Below, piece after piece: positions 49,398 through 58,687 of a stretch of 64,000 bases of DNA. The DNA is taken from positions 256,001 to 320,000 of the forward strand of contig CAVPOM010000004.1 of assembly GCA_963707025.1 (NCBI GenBank), in the 5' to 3' direction. A program made the translations under genes and the position numbers. Position 1 is the first letter of the stretch; the number at the start of each line of letters is the position of its first letter. The notes beneath the pieces were generated by a model that worked only from the letters and a program-made list of their open reading frames with translations, did no database searches and was not told the DNA's origin. The DNA comes from an uncultured Verrucomicrobiae bacterium. Lineage in GTDB: Bacteria; Verrucomicrobiota; Verrucomicrobiia; Limisphaerales; Palsa-1400.

Positions 49398-50848
49398 CAC
49401 AGCCATCCCACAGGAAATTGGAAAAAAGTGTTGGCTTGACCATTTGAACCTGCCACAAGGCAGGCATGAAAAACAAAAAAATCAAACCAACACGGTCCCG
49501 GTTTAACGTTTTGCGCCAGATTTGCAATCTCATTCCTGCGCATGAAGTCTCCAAAATAGCGCGGGAGACCGGGGCTCTGGATAAGTCGCGCACCTTCAGT
49601 CCGTGGAGTCACACGGTCAGTTTGCTGGACGCGCAACTCACCCATTGCATCGGACTCAACGATCTGTGCGACTCGCTGCAATTGCATTCCGGGCCGCTGT
49701 CCACTTTGCGCGGCGCCAGCGCCCCCAGCCGCAACGGCCTCTCCCACGCCAACCGGGAGCGTCCGGCCCAGATGGCCGAACAACTCTTCTGGCGGGTCCT
49801 GGAGCATTTGAAAGCACAGACGCCCGGCTTTGCCGCGGGCCAGCGCCGTGGCCCCGCCTTCCGTTTCAAGATGCCCATCCATGTGATTGATAGCACGACC
49901 ATGGAACTGGTGGCCAACTGCCTGGACTGGGCCAAGCACCGCCGGCGCAAGGCCGCCGCCAAAACCCATATGCGGTTGAATCTGCAGAATCTTTTGCCCG
50001 GTTTTGTCATTGTGGACACTGCCGCCGAGCACGACAACCGACGGGCGCGGGAACTGTGCGCCGACTTGAAGAGCGGCGAAATCGCCTTGTTCGACAAGGG
50101 TTATGTGGACTTCGGCCACTTGCGGGATTTGGACGGGCGCGGGGTCTTTTGGGTGACGCGGGCCAAGGAGAACATGGGCTATGAGGTGGTGCGGAAAATG
50201 CCCGCCTCCAGAGACCCGAAGATTTTGCGCGACGAAGTGATCGTCCTGAGCAACGAGAACAAACCCGCGCCGGAGTTGATGCGCCGGGTGGTGGCGCTGG
50301 TCGAGATTGATGGAGAGGAACGGGAAATGACCTTCCTGACCAACAACCTGGAGTGGAGTCCGCGCAGCGTGGCCGACCTTTACCGCTGCCGCTGGCAGAT
50401 CGAAGTCTTCTTCAAACAAATCAAGCAGACCTTGCAGTTGGCGGATTTTCTGGGCCACAACGCCAACGCCGTGCGCTGGCAGGTGTGGACGGCGCTGTTG
50501 ACCTACGTGCTGTTGCGCTACCTCAGTCACCTCTCCAACTGGGCGCACAGCTTCACCCGGCTGTTCACGATTTTGCGGGCGGCGCTCTGGGAGAAATATG
50601 ATCTGCTCAATTTGCTGGCGTGCTATGGGACAGCAGGCGGCAGCTTTCGCCACTTGGCGCGGCCCGAGCAGGCGTATTTCCCCGGCTTCCAATAAAGCTA
50701 TGGGACAGCACACGCGCCCAAACAGGCGCATACCAAACCCAAAAGCCAAACTCGGAAAAATCAAAATCTCATTTTACCCCGAAGACCAATTAAACCCTTG
50801 CAAATGAACAGGTCAGCACCAGACTTTTCCCCTTATGAGACGGGTGTG
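49398..50848 (+). mobile_element. IS4-family insertion sequence, copy 2
   Basis: Same ends and sequence as 27129-28578 in opposite orientation; no target duplication. Confidence 0.95.
49466..50695 (+). CDS. IS4-family transposase (intact)
   Basis: IDSTT, FDKGY, YRCRWQIEVFFKQIKQ (YREK motif). Confidence 0.95.
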   Translation: MKNKKIKPTRSRFNVLRQICNLIPAHEVSKIARETGALDKSRTFSPWSHTVSLLDAQLTHCIGLNDLCDSLQLHSGPLSTLRGASAPSRNGLSHANRERPAQMAEQLFWRVLEHLKAQTPGFAAGQRRGPAFRFKMPIHVIDSTTMELVANCLDWAKHRRRKAAAKTHMRLNLQNLLPGFVIVDTAAEHDNRRARELCADLKSGEIALFDKGYVDFGHLRDLDGRGVFWVTRAKENMGYEVVRKMPASRDPKILRDEVIVLSNENKPAPELMRRVVALVEIDGEEREMTFLTNNLEWSPRSVADLYRCRWQIEVFFKQIKQTLQLADFLGHNANAVRWQVWTALLTYVLLRYLSHLSNWAHSFTRLFTILRAALWEKYDLLNLLACYGTAGGSFRHLARPEQAYFPGFQ

Positions 50849-51608
50849 AATAGTTATCAAGAACCACCGTACTCATAAACGAGACCCAGAAGTCGGTTCC
50901 GGCGGACGGAAAACCGATGGTGTAAAAGCCTTGGGCGTTCGTCGCGTTGGTCACGTACAGGGTCGTCAGGCCCGGCGCGTTGGTCAGCACCCATTGCCAG
51001 GAGACCGGCGGAGCCAGATTGGTCGTGTAAAAAACATCCCACATGCCGTTCGTTGCTGTAATGTTGGAAGGCTGATGAATCACGAACTCAGCCGTCGTCC
51101 CGTTGGCCAGCGCGAAGTTCGTCAGGTACAAATCATCCGGCAAGTACAACGGCAATCCGTAACTGGACACGCCGCCGCCCGAGGAATTGGTCCAGCCATT
51201 TGTCGGCAGCGGCGGCGGGTCACCGGCAATCATTGCGCCCATCCCGCCGTTGTTTGTGGCAGTCGCCACCACGGAGGCCCAATACGAGGGGTAATCCCAA
51301 TTCCGGTCGTCAATGACAAACATTTGGTTGCTGGCCGGTCCATACCCATAGACCGGCAATTGCGGAAGCCAGTCCACCGGCCACGGCGGCATGTTCAGTT
51401 GCGCGCTCCAAAACGTTCCGCTGGCGGGCACCGTGGAAAGTGGCGCCAGCGTGTCCGATTGGTTGGTGAATCCGCCGACCAGGATTTGGGCGCGGCAAAC
51501 CTGGAGTGGGCCGGGCAACCAGCCTGCCAGAATGAGAATGCCAACGCCGAATGAAGCTTTTAAAATTTGCATCTTTACCTTCCTTGGATTGCGATTTCTT
51601 GAAACCAT
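50849..51608 (-). pseudogene. N-terminal part of the IS-disrupted IgGFc-binding-domain protein
   Basis: Signal peptide; ends SAGTDFWVSF..., the start of the IgGFc-binding domain, at the IS edge. Confidence 0.75.
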
Positions 51609-51932
51609 GATTCGTAACCCAGTTGATAATATCGCCCAGGCATCGTGTGGAAAGCTCCCCTATTCTTGGCAATCACCGCCCGTTTGTTGGCCTTTTCGGG
51701 TGGTGGGGTCTTTTCGGCATGTGCTCGATGCTCGGGCTCTGCTCGGGGCCACTGCTCGGGGCCAGACCATAGTTTTGTCGAAGAAAATGCGTCATGGCCT
51801 GTAAATCCTTGAGTTATAGATGGGTCTATACAGTCCCAATATACCCTCCCACCATGAGGCCCGTGCGATACCAGCGCCCTGAGAAACCGCGCCCCAACGG
51901 CCCTCCGCCGCACTTCCTGCCATTTACCATTT

Positions 51933-52053
51933 GAGACCTCTGCAAAACGCGCGTCCACGACTGTAGCGGCGGTCTGTGACCGCCGCCAACCAGCGGAAAT
52001 AACGGTATGGCGACGGTCATAGACCGCCGCTACAGGGGTTTTGCAGAGGTCTC
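51933..52053. mobile_element. 121-bp MITE enclosing an inverted GTAG-REP doublet
   Basis: Perfect 16-bp IR GAGACCTCTGCAAAAC; CATTT direct repeat on both flanks; REPs at 51962-51985 and 52009-52034. Confidence 0.8.
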
Positions 52054-52278
52054 CATTTATCATTTCGCATTCATAATTTCCTCCACCGCCCCTCCCCTCC
52101 GTGTCCTTCGTTTCCTTCTGTTCAAAACCCTTGGTTCCTCCTGTCCATACCCTCGCGGATCACACGGATCAGGAAGACATCACCCCAGCGCTCCAGCACT
52201 CCAGCACTCCATTCACCCGGCCGTCGGACCCTGCTCCGACAACTTGGAACTTGCCGGGGGAGGGAGGCGGGATTCAAC

Positions 52279-53490
52279 ATGGGCGGCATGAAAAGCATCA
52301 AGGGTCAACCGTCCTGGCGCATCGCGTCGGATCGGGTGGAAGCTTTCGTGACGGAATTGGGCGGGCAGCTCGGGCCCATTACCTTTGACCGGCAGGGACG
52401 TAAAATCGCCCCGTACTCGGTCGCGCCTTGGGCGGAGGAGAAGCTGCCTCCGAAAACGCCGGCAATTTTGCGGGCGCTGCGCGGCGATTTTTTCTGCCTG
52501 CCCTTTGGGGGGAATGCCACGGCGTTTGACGGCGAGAAACATCCCATGCATGGGGAAACCGCCAATGCGAAATGGCGCCTGGAGGCCGAAGGGCGCGACG
52601 GCAACAGGCATGGGCTGCATTTGAGCCTCAAGACCAAGGTCCGCCCCGGGCGGGTGGACAAGGAGATTGGCCTGGTGGACGGCGAGGACGCGGTCTATAT
52701 CCGGCACACCATCACCGGCATGAGCGGTCCGATGAGCCTGGGGCATCACGCCATGCTGAAATTCCCGGAGGCGGAGGGCAGCGGGGCGATTTCGACCAGC
52801 CGGCTGGTTTATGGGCAGGTGTTCCCGGCGGTGTTCGAGCAGCCCGAATTGGGCGGTTACCCGGCGCTGAAGAGGGGCGCGGAGTTTCAAGGCTTGCAAG
52901 CCGTTGCGACGGCGGCCGGAGGCCTGGCGGACTTGAGCCGGTTCCCGGCGCGGCGGGGCTTTGACGATTTGGTCATGGTGGTCGGCGACGCCGGGCTGCC
53001 CTTGGCGTGGACGGCGGTGGCGTTCCCGCGCGAGCGGTTTGTCTGGTTCGCTTTGAAAGATCCGAAAGTGCTGCGCGAGACGGTGTTTTGGTTTTCCAAC
53101 CGCGGCCGCCATTATGCGCCCTGGAACAGCCGGCATCTCAATGTGCTGGGGGTGGAGGATGTCACCGCAAATTTTCATTTCGGCCTGGCGGAATCGGCCG
53201 GGGCAAATCCAATTTCCGAGAAAGGCTGGCCGACATGCCTGAAGCTGGATGCGGAGAAACAATTGGTGGTGAACTACATCATGGGGATTGCGCCGATTCC
53301 GGCCGGGTTTGACCGGGTGCAGGCCATTGAGCCGGGCGCGGACCAGAAATCCATCACCCTGGCGGCGGCCGGCGGACAGCAGGCGGCGGCCCGGGTTGAT
53401 TTGGGATTTCTGGCGGGAAAATCCAGGTCAGGAACCGCTGGGGGTGCAGGACATAATTCTTCCTCCAAAGCCGTCGCGCAGGGAGAATAA
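52279..53490 (+). CDS. Galactose-mutarotase-like fold hypothetical protein
   Basis: LRGDFFCLPFG, HPMHGETAN..W, GHHAML, NRGR...PWN.RH; stop codon lies in the downstream MITE. Confidence 0.7.
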   Translation: MGGMKSIKGQPSWRIASDRVEAFVTELGGQLGPITFDRQGRKIAPYSVAPWAEEKLPPKTPAILRALRGDFFCLPFGGNATAFDGEKHPMHGETANAKWRLEAEGRDGNRHGLHLSLKTKVRPGRVDKEIGLVDGEDAVYIRHTITGMSGPMSLGHHAMLKFPEAEGSGAISTSRLVYGQVFPAVFEQPELGGYPALKRGAEFQGLQAVATAAGGLADLSRFPARRGFDDLVMVVGDAGLPLAWTAVAFPRERFVWFALKDPKVLRETVFWFSNRGRHYAPWNSRHLNVLGVEDVTANFHFGLAESAGANPISEKGWPTCLKLDAEKQLVVNYIMGIAPIPAGFDRVQAIEPGADQKSITLAAAGGQQAAARVDLGFLAGKSRSGTAGGAGHNSSSKAVAQGE

Positions 53491-53792
53491 CTGCATGGCG
53501 TATATATGTTTGGCATACCCAGCAGCTTGGTCCCGCTCTCTCCTTGCGGCGCGGGCGGGGACTGGAGGAGAAGGTTAGGATGAGGGCGAGCCAAAAAGCC
53601 AAGTCAGTGGAAAGCCCGACCTCACCCCGACCCTCTCCTCCAGGAGAGGGTGGAATCTCCGCCGCCGTCGCAAAGGCCAGGGCTGGGATTTGCCGGGCGC
53701 GCCTGCACCCAGGCGGAGGCGGGCGATGTCTGTGCCTTCTCCCGGGGGAGAAGGTTAGGATGAGGGCGAGCCGCGAACACTTATGTCCTGCA
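53445..53792. mobile_element. MITE-like element, single-unit version of 41762-42477
   Basis: 12-bp IR TGCAGGACATAA / TTATGTCCTGCA; one 180-bp unit (53573-53752). Confidence 0.75.
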
Positions 53793-53859
53793 GGCTAGGC
53801 GGGATGAGCCTGTTAAATGATTTGACACAGCCGGGGCAGCGGGAGTAGTTTTGTTAATC

Positions 53860-55569
53860 ATGAATTGCGCTGGTGTGGCTTGTCTTGCGCTGGCCGCCGG
53901 GCTGCTGGCGGCCCCGGCCACGGCCCAGCCAGTCAATAATAACTTCGCCAATCGCACCGCCATCCCAGGGACCAACGTCACCGTCGCCGGCTCGCTGGCT
54001 GGAGCCACCGCGGAAGCCGGGGAACCGTTGCTGGAGGGAATTTCCAGCGGACAAACCGCCTGGTGGAGTTGGACCGCGCCGAGCAACGGGATAGTCACCC
54101 TGGCCGTCAGCTCGGCCAGTTTCAATCCCCTGGTGACCGTCTATGTGGGCGGCAGCCTGCCCGCCCTGGCCCTGGTGGCGAGCAACGATTACCTTATATG
54201 CTACAGCTATGGGGCGTGCGGCTGCCATTGGCGGATGAGGGATGCCATCACGTTCCATGTCGCCGCCGGGGAGCAGTACCAATTGGATGTGGATTCGCCC
54301 ATTATCACGGACGCCTCTTATGGGTGGCAACAACAAACCTTGCCAATTGGGGCTGACGGCGGCCCTGGAACCCTTTACTTCCTCGGCGTGAGCATGACCA
54401 CCAACATTCTTCCCGGCGGGGAGGTGAGCCTGCAACTGCAATTCACGGCCGCGCCGGCCAATGACAATTTTGCCCATCGGGCGCGGCTCACCGGATCGCG
54501 CACTCATGTCAAGGCCAACAACAACGGCGCGACGACCGAGCCGGGCGAACCGGATAAAATGGGAAATCCGGGCGGCAGTTCGATCTGGTACACCTGGACC
54601 GCCCCCGCCTCCGGCCGGGTGACACTCTCGACCAACAACGTCCCGCCCTATCTGCCCCCGTCAAATTCCGAAGGTCTTTATGGATTGGATTCCTTCAGCC
54701 TGGTCTCCGTATTATGGGAATGGGATCCATCCTGCGGAGACGCCGTTGATCAAAACCCGCCGCCGGCCTATTTTCCCGTGCTGGCGGCTTACACCGGCAC
54801 AAACGTGGCGGCGCTCACCCCCGCGAATTGTTTGCCCGTGGAGCTGGCCGGTTATCCTAATGCCATCGAGTTCGATGCCCTCAAGGGCCAGGCCTGCCAG
54901 ATTGCCGTGGATGGCAACATGGGCACGACCGGAGACATCACTCTCTACCTGGCCCTGACGACGCCCGCCGCCAACGACCTCTTCGCCAAGCGCATTCAAC
55001 TGCACGGCATTTATGTTGCGGCCAAAGGCTATAACGCCGGCGCGGTGCCGCAAGCCGGCGCGCCCGACATCGGCAATGGCTCGACCGGAAAGTTGTCGTG
55101 GTGGTCGTGGACCGCTCCGGTCAGCGGGCCGGTTTCCATTGATTTGTCCAACAGCGACTTTGCCTTCCCCGCCGCCGTCTTCACCGGCAGCGCGCTCAAC
55201 CGATTGAGCCTGGTGGCCGCCGGGGCGGGCGGCGTCTCCTTCAACGCCGTGGCGGGTCAAACCTACCAGATTGCGGTAGGCGACGCCTCCGGCCAAACCG
55301 GGGCCATCGCCCTGACCCTGCAGGCCCCGGTGGTGCAGGCTCCTTTGCTCGGGGTGATGCGTGGAGGCTCTTTCAACTCCTCGCTGCTTGACTATTCGGC
55401 CTCGCGCGGGCAGGTGCTGCTCCTGCTGCGTTCCAGCGATGGCGTCCACTGGCAGGAAGCGCAAACCGCCACCGCCTATTTCAACGGCGTGGAATTCCAT
55501 GTCAACCCTGCGCCGATGCCCCGGGGCATGCGCTACCAAGCCATCATTGTGGACCTCGTTTCCAACTAG
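53860..55569 (+). CDS. Secreted protein with three repeated N(D/N).FA.R beta-sandwich (PPC-like) domains
   Basis: Signal peptide; NNNFANR, NDNFAHR, NDLFAKR, each followed by W(W/Y).WTAP..G. Confidence 0.8.
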   Translation: MNCAGVACLALAAGLLAAPATAQPVNNNFANRTAIPGTNVTVAGSLAGATAEAGEPLLEGISSGQTAWWSWTAPSNGIVTLAVSSASFNPLVTVYVGGSLPALALVASNDYLICYSYGACGCHWRMRDAITFHVAAGEQYQLDVDSPIITDASYGWQQQTLPIGADGGPGTLYFLGVSMTTNILPGGEVSLQLQFTAAPANDNFAHRARLTGSRTHVKANNNGATTEPGEPDKMGNPGGSSIWYTWTAPASGRVTLSTNNVPPYLPPSNSEGLYGLDSFSLVSVLWEWDPSCGDAVDQNPPPAYFPVLAAYTGTNVAALTPANCLPVELAGYPNAIEFDALKGQACQIAVDGNMGTTGDITLYLALTTPAANDLFAKRIQLHGIYVAAKGYNAGAVPQAGAPDIGNGSTGKLSWWSWTAPVSGPVSIDLSNSDFAFPAAVFTGSALNRLSLVAAGAGGVSFNAVAGQTYQIAVGDASGQTGAIALTLQAPVVQAPLLGVMRGGSFNSSLLDYSASRGQVLLLLRSSDGVHWQEAQTATAYFNGVEFHVNPAPMPRGMRYQAIIVDLVSN

Positions 55570-55601
55570 GAGCCGGGTCAAAAGCGAGCGATTTTCCGGG
55601 G

Positions 55602-55770
55602 CACCCGTAATGCGTCAGCGACGGAAGGAGTCGCCGTGGGAGTGCGCCCGTCCCCGGGCGCAGCAACGTCCGGCCTCTCGTGGCACACTGCGAATCCCAA
55701 CGCCGCCGGGGCTTCGAGCGGCGCTGCGCCCGGGGACGGGCGCCACCCCTTCACTGACGCCTTACGGGTG
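55602..55770. mobile_element. MITE-like element enclosing a REP doublet
   Basis: IR CACCCGTAA(T/G)GCGTCAG(C/T)GA (18/20 match); inner REPs at 55639-55664 and 55723-55743. Confidence 0.6.
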
Positions 55771-55844
55771 GCCGCGTGTCCCGATGGCCGCCATCGCTTC
55801 AGGCTTGTCGCCGCCCTCCTTTTTCCATTAGATTGACCAGGCAC

Positions 55845-57575
55845 ATGAAAATCAAAGCTTCCTCCTCGACCCGCCAAAGCAAACCGTCTCTGCGCGCCTA
55901 TTCCGCCATCGTGCTGGACGGGCCGGAGCGCGCCCCCAGCCGCTCGATGCTTTACGCCGTCGGATTCAAAAAGGAGGATTTCAGCAAGCCGCTCATCGGC
56001 ATCGCCTCCACTTGGAGCATGGTGACGCCGTGCAACGCGCACATTGATCAACTGGCCCGCGAAGCGGAAAGCGGCGTCAACAGCGCGGGCGGCAAAGCCA
56101 TCATTTTTAACACCATCACCGTTTCCGACGGCATTTCCATGGGATCGGAAGGGATGAAGTACTCGCTGGTCTCGCGCGAGGTGATCGCCGATTCGATGGA
56201 AACGGTGGTCGGTTGCGAAGGAATGGACGGCTTTGTCGCCATCGGCGGTTGCGACAAGAACATGCCGGGGGCGTTGATCGCGATGGCGCGGCTGAATCGG
56301 CCGGCGGTGTTTGTTTATGGCGGGACCATTCTGCCCGGTTGCATCGCGGGCGATGCCCGCAAGCTGGATATCGTATCGGTCTTTGAAGCCGTCGGGGCGC
56401 ACGCCAATAAAAGAATGGACGACGCGCAACTGGAACAGATTGAGTCCTGCGCCATTCCCGGTCCCGGCTCGTGCGGCGGGATGTACACGGCCAACACCAT
56501 GGCCAGCGCCATCGAGGCCCTGGGCATGAGCCTGCCCAACAGTTCGGCGCAAAACGCCGTTTCCAAGGCCAAGCAGGAAGATTGCCGGCGCGCGGGCGCG
56601 GCGGTCCTGGCCCTGCTGGCGCAAGGCATCCGGCCCTCGGACATCCTCACCCGCCGCGCGTTTGAGAACGCCATCACGGTCGTCATCGCCCTGGGCGGTT
56701 CGACCAACGCCGTGCTGCACCTGCTGGCCATGGCCCACGCCGCCGGCGTCAAGCTCGCCCTGGACGATTTCAGCAAAATCGGACGGCGCGTCCCGGTGCT
56801 GGCCGATCTCAAGCCGAGCGGAAAACATCTCATGTCCGAACTGGTCGCCATCGGCGGCATCCAGCCCATGATGAAGACCCTTTTGCACGCCGGTTTGCTG
56901 CACGGCGGCTGCCTCACCGTCACCGGCAAAACCATGGCCGAAAACCTGGCCAACGTCCGACCCTACCCGGCCTCCCAAACAATCATCCGCCCCTTGGGCG
57001 ATCCCATCAAGAAAGACAGCCATCTGGTCATCCTCTACGGCAACCTGGCCCCGGAAGGCGCCGTGGCCAAGATCACCGGCCAGGAAGGGGCGCATTTTGA
57101 GGGAGTGGCGCGCGTCTATGATTCGGAGGAGCAGGCGCTGAAAAAGATACTGGACGGCACCATCGGGCGCGGCGACGTCGTGGTCATCCGTTTTGAAGGC
57201 CCGCGGGGCGGACCGGGCATGAGGGAAATGCTGGCTCCCACCAGCGCCATCTCCGGCCGGGGCCTGGGCCGGGAAGTCGCCCTCATCACCGACGGGCGGT
57301 TTTCCGGCGGCACGCATGGTTTTGTGGTGGGCCACATCACGCCGGAGGCTTATGGCGGCGGGCCGCTGGCCCTGGTGAAAAACGGCGATAAAATTGTGAT
57401 TGACGCCGGGCAGCGCCAGATCAACCTGCTCATCTCCGCCGCGGAAATGAAAGCGCGCCGCCGCGCCTGGCAGCCGCTCCCGCCGCGCTACACCCGCGGG
57501 GTGCTGGCCAAATACGCCAGCCACGTCACCAGCGCCTCGTTCGGCGCGGTGACGGACGCGGATTTGCAGTTGTAA
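55845..57575 (+). CDS. ilvD: Dihydroxy-acid dehydratase
   Basis: [52 protein letters not shown]. Confidence 0.97.
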   Translation: MKIKASSSTRQSKPSLRAYSAIVLDGPERAPSRSMLYAVGFKKEDFSKPLIGIASTWSMVTPCNAHIDQLAREAESGVNSAGGKAIIFNTITVSDGISMGSEGMKYSLVSREVIADSMETVVGCEGMDGFVAIGGCDKNMPGALIAMARLNRPAVFVYGGTILPGCIAGDARKLDIVSVFEAVGAHANKRMDDAQLEQIESCAIPGPGSCGGMYTANTMASAIEALGMSLPNSSAQNAVSKAKQEDCRRAGAAVLALLAQGIRPSDILTRRAFENAITVVIALGGSTNAVLHLLAMAHAAGVKLALDDFSKIGRRVPVLADLKPSGKHLMSELVAIGGIQPMMKTLLHAGLLHGGCLTVTGKTMAENLANVRPYPASQTIIRPLGDPIKKDSHLVILYGNLAPEGAVAKITGQEGAHFEGVARVYDSEEQALKKILDGTIGRGDVVVIRFEGPRGGPGMREMLAPTSAISGRGLGREVALITDGRFSGGTHGFVVGHITPEAYGGGPLALVKNGDKIVIDAGQRQINLLISAAEMKARRRAWQPLPPRYTRGVLAKYASHVTSASFGAVTDADLQL

Positions 57576-57583
57576 ATCAGCGG

Positions 57584-58135
57584 ATGCAAAACCAACTCGA
57601 CATCGTGCGTGACGTTTCCGCGCGGCTCGATTCGGCGGGCATCGGTTATATGCTCACCGGTTGCATGGCGATGAATTATTACACCCAGCCCCGCCTGACG
57701 CGCTACATTGACATCGTAGTTGAGCTGCGCGCCGCCGACGCCGAACGCTTGGTTCGGCTTTTCACCCCCGACTATTATGTGTCGCGCGAAGCCGTGGACA
57801 GTTCCATCGCTCAGCAATCGCTGTTCAATGTCATTCATCTGGAAAGCGTCATCAAAGTGGATTGCATCGTGCGCAAACAAAGCGAGTATCGCCTGACCGA
57901 ATTCAATCGCCGCCAGCGGATTAAACTTGAAGACTTCCAGACTTGGATCGTCAGCAAGGAAGACCTGATCCTGTCCAAACTTTATTGGGCGAGAGATTCG
58001 CGCTCCGAACCGCAACTGCGCGACGTGAAGAATCTTGTTGCCACCGGCTGCGCTCGTGCCTACGTCGCCCAATGGACGGAGGAGCTTGGCTTGAGCAAAC
58101 TTTGGGAGGAAGTTTTGCAGGGACCACAGGAATGA
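57584..58135 (+). CDS. Nucleotidyltransferase-fold toxin-like protein, possibly inactivated
   Basis: YMLTGCMAMNYY..PR.TRYIDIVV (family pattern GS...RxTxDxD), EDLILSKL.W, QLRDV. Confidence 0.7.
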   Translation: MQNQLDIVRDVSARLDSAGIGYMLTGCMAMNYYTQPRLTRYIDIVVELRAADAERLVRLFTPDYYVSREAVDSSIAQQSLFNVIHLESVIKVDCIVRKQSEYRLTEFNRRQRIKLEDFQTWIVSKEDLILSKLYWARDSRSEPQLRDVKNLVATGCARAYVAQWTEELGLSKLWEEVLQGPQE

Positions 58136-58331
58136 TACCGCGCCAGGAATGGCCGGTCTTGTCCGGAAAAAGCTGCTGTCCCGGTCCGGGGGCGAACGCT
58201 TTATCATGGGTTCGCAATGCTTTGACGCCGCCCGCACCCTGGTTCTGGCCTCGCTTCCAGCCGGCCTGGCTCCCGACGAATTGAAGCGCCGACTTTTTCA
58301 AAGGATTTATGGCCGGCCTGCGCCATTTTGA
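58128..58331 (+). CDS. Cognate small antitoxin-like protein (expected start codon reads AGG)
   Basis: (M)NDTAPGMAGLVRKKLLSRSGGERFIMG..FDAAR.LVLASLP......LF.RIYG. Confidence 0.55.
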   Translation, partial: RNDTAPGMAGLVRKKLLSRSGGERFIMGSQCFDAARTLVLASLPAGLAPDELKRRLFQRIYGRPAPF

Positions 58332-58418
58332 CGGACTCTGGTCCTTCGCGGTGCCGGAGGCGGAATTGAAGTTGTGAAAGACGTTGATTTGGGCCTGTGT
58401 GACTGGTAAATTCGCGGC

Positions 58419-58628
58419 ATGTTCGTCGAACAAATTCGAGACCGGTTGCATAACGGATTTCAGCCCTTCACTTTGAAGTTGTCCAATGGGCGGAAATTCC
58501 GGGTGCCGCATGAGGATTTTATTGCGCTCCATCCAAAAGTCGTCGTGGTGATTGACCGGAAGGGAATTTCGCACACCATCAATCCGCTTCATATCGTTTC
58601 CATTGCTGAGGCGACGCGCCATCCATAG
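58419..58628 (+). CDS. Small hypothetical protein of a type I recall from PVC-group genomes
   Basis: FQPFTL.LSNG..F.VPH.DFI........V.......I..LHIVSI. Confidence 0.7.
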   Translation: MFVEQIRDRLHNGFQPFTLKLSNGRKFRVPHEDFIALHPKVVVVIDRKGISHTINPLHIVSIAEATRHP

Positions 58629-58687
58629 GCCCCGCGGCTTTCGGCTAGTCTTGATCGGCCGGACGATTGCTGGCAGGCTGGCGGGAT

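Noticed and set aside
27129..50848. Composite transposon bounded by the two IS4 copies
   Set aside because: Copy 1 has its own complete 9-bp TSD and the interval includes ssrA and core genes; independent insertions are more likely.
51722..51765. Short TGCTCGG(G) repeats upstream of the IgGFc-domain gene
   Set aside because: Three to four short GC-rich copies with irregular spacing; too weak to call an operator.
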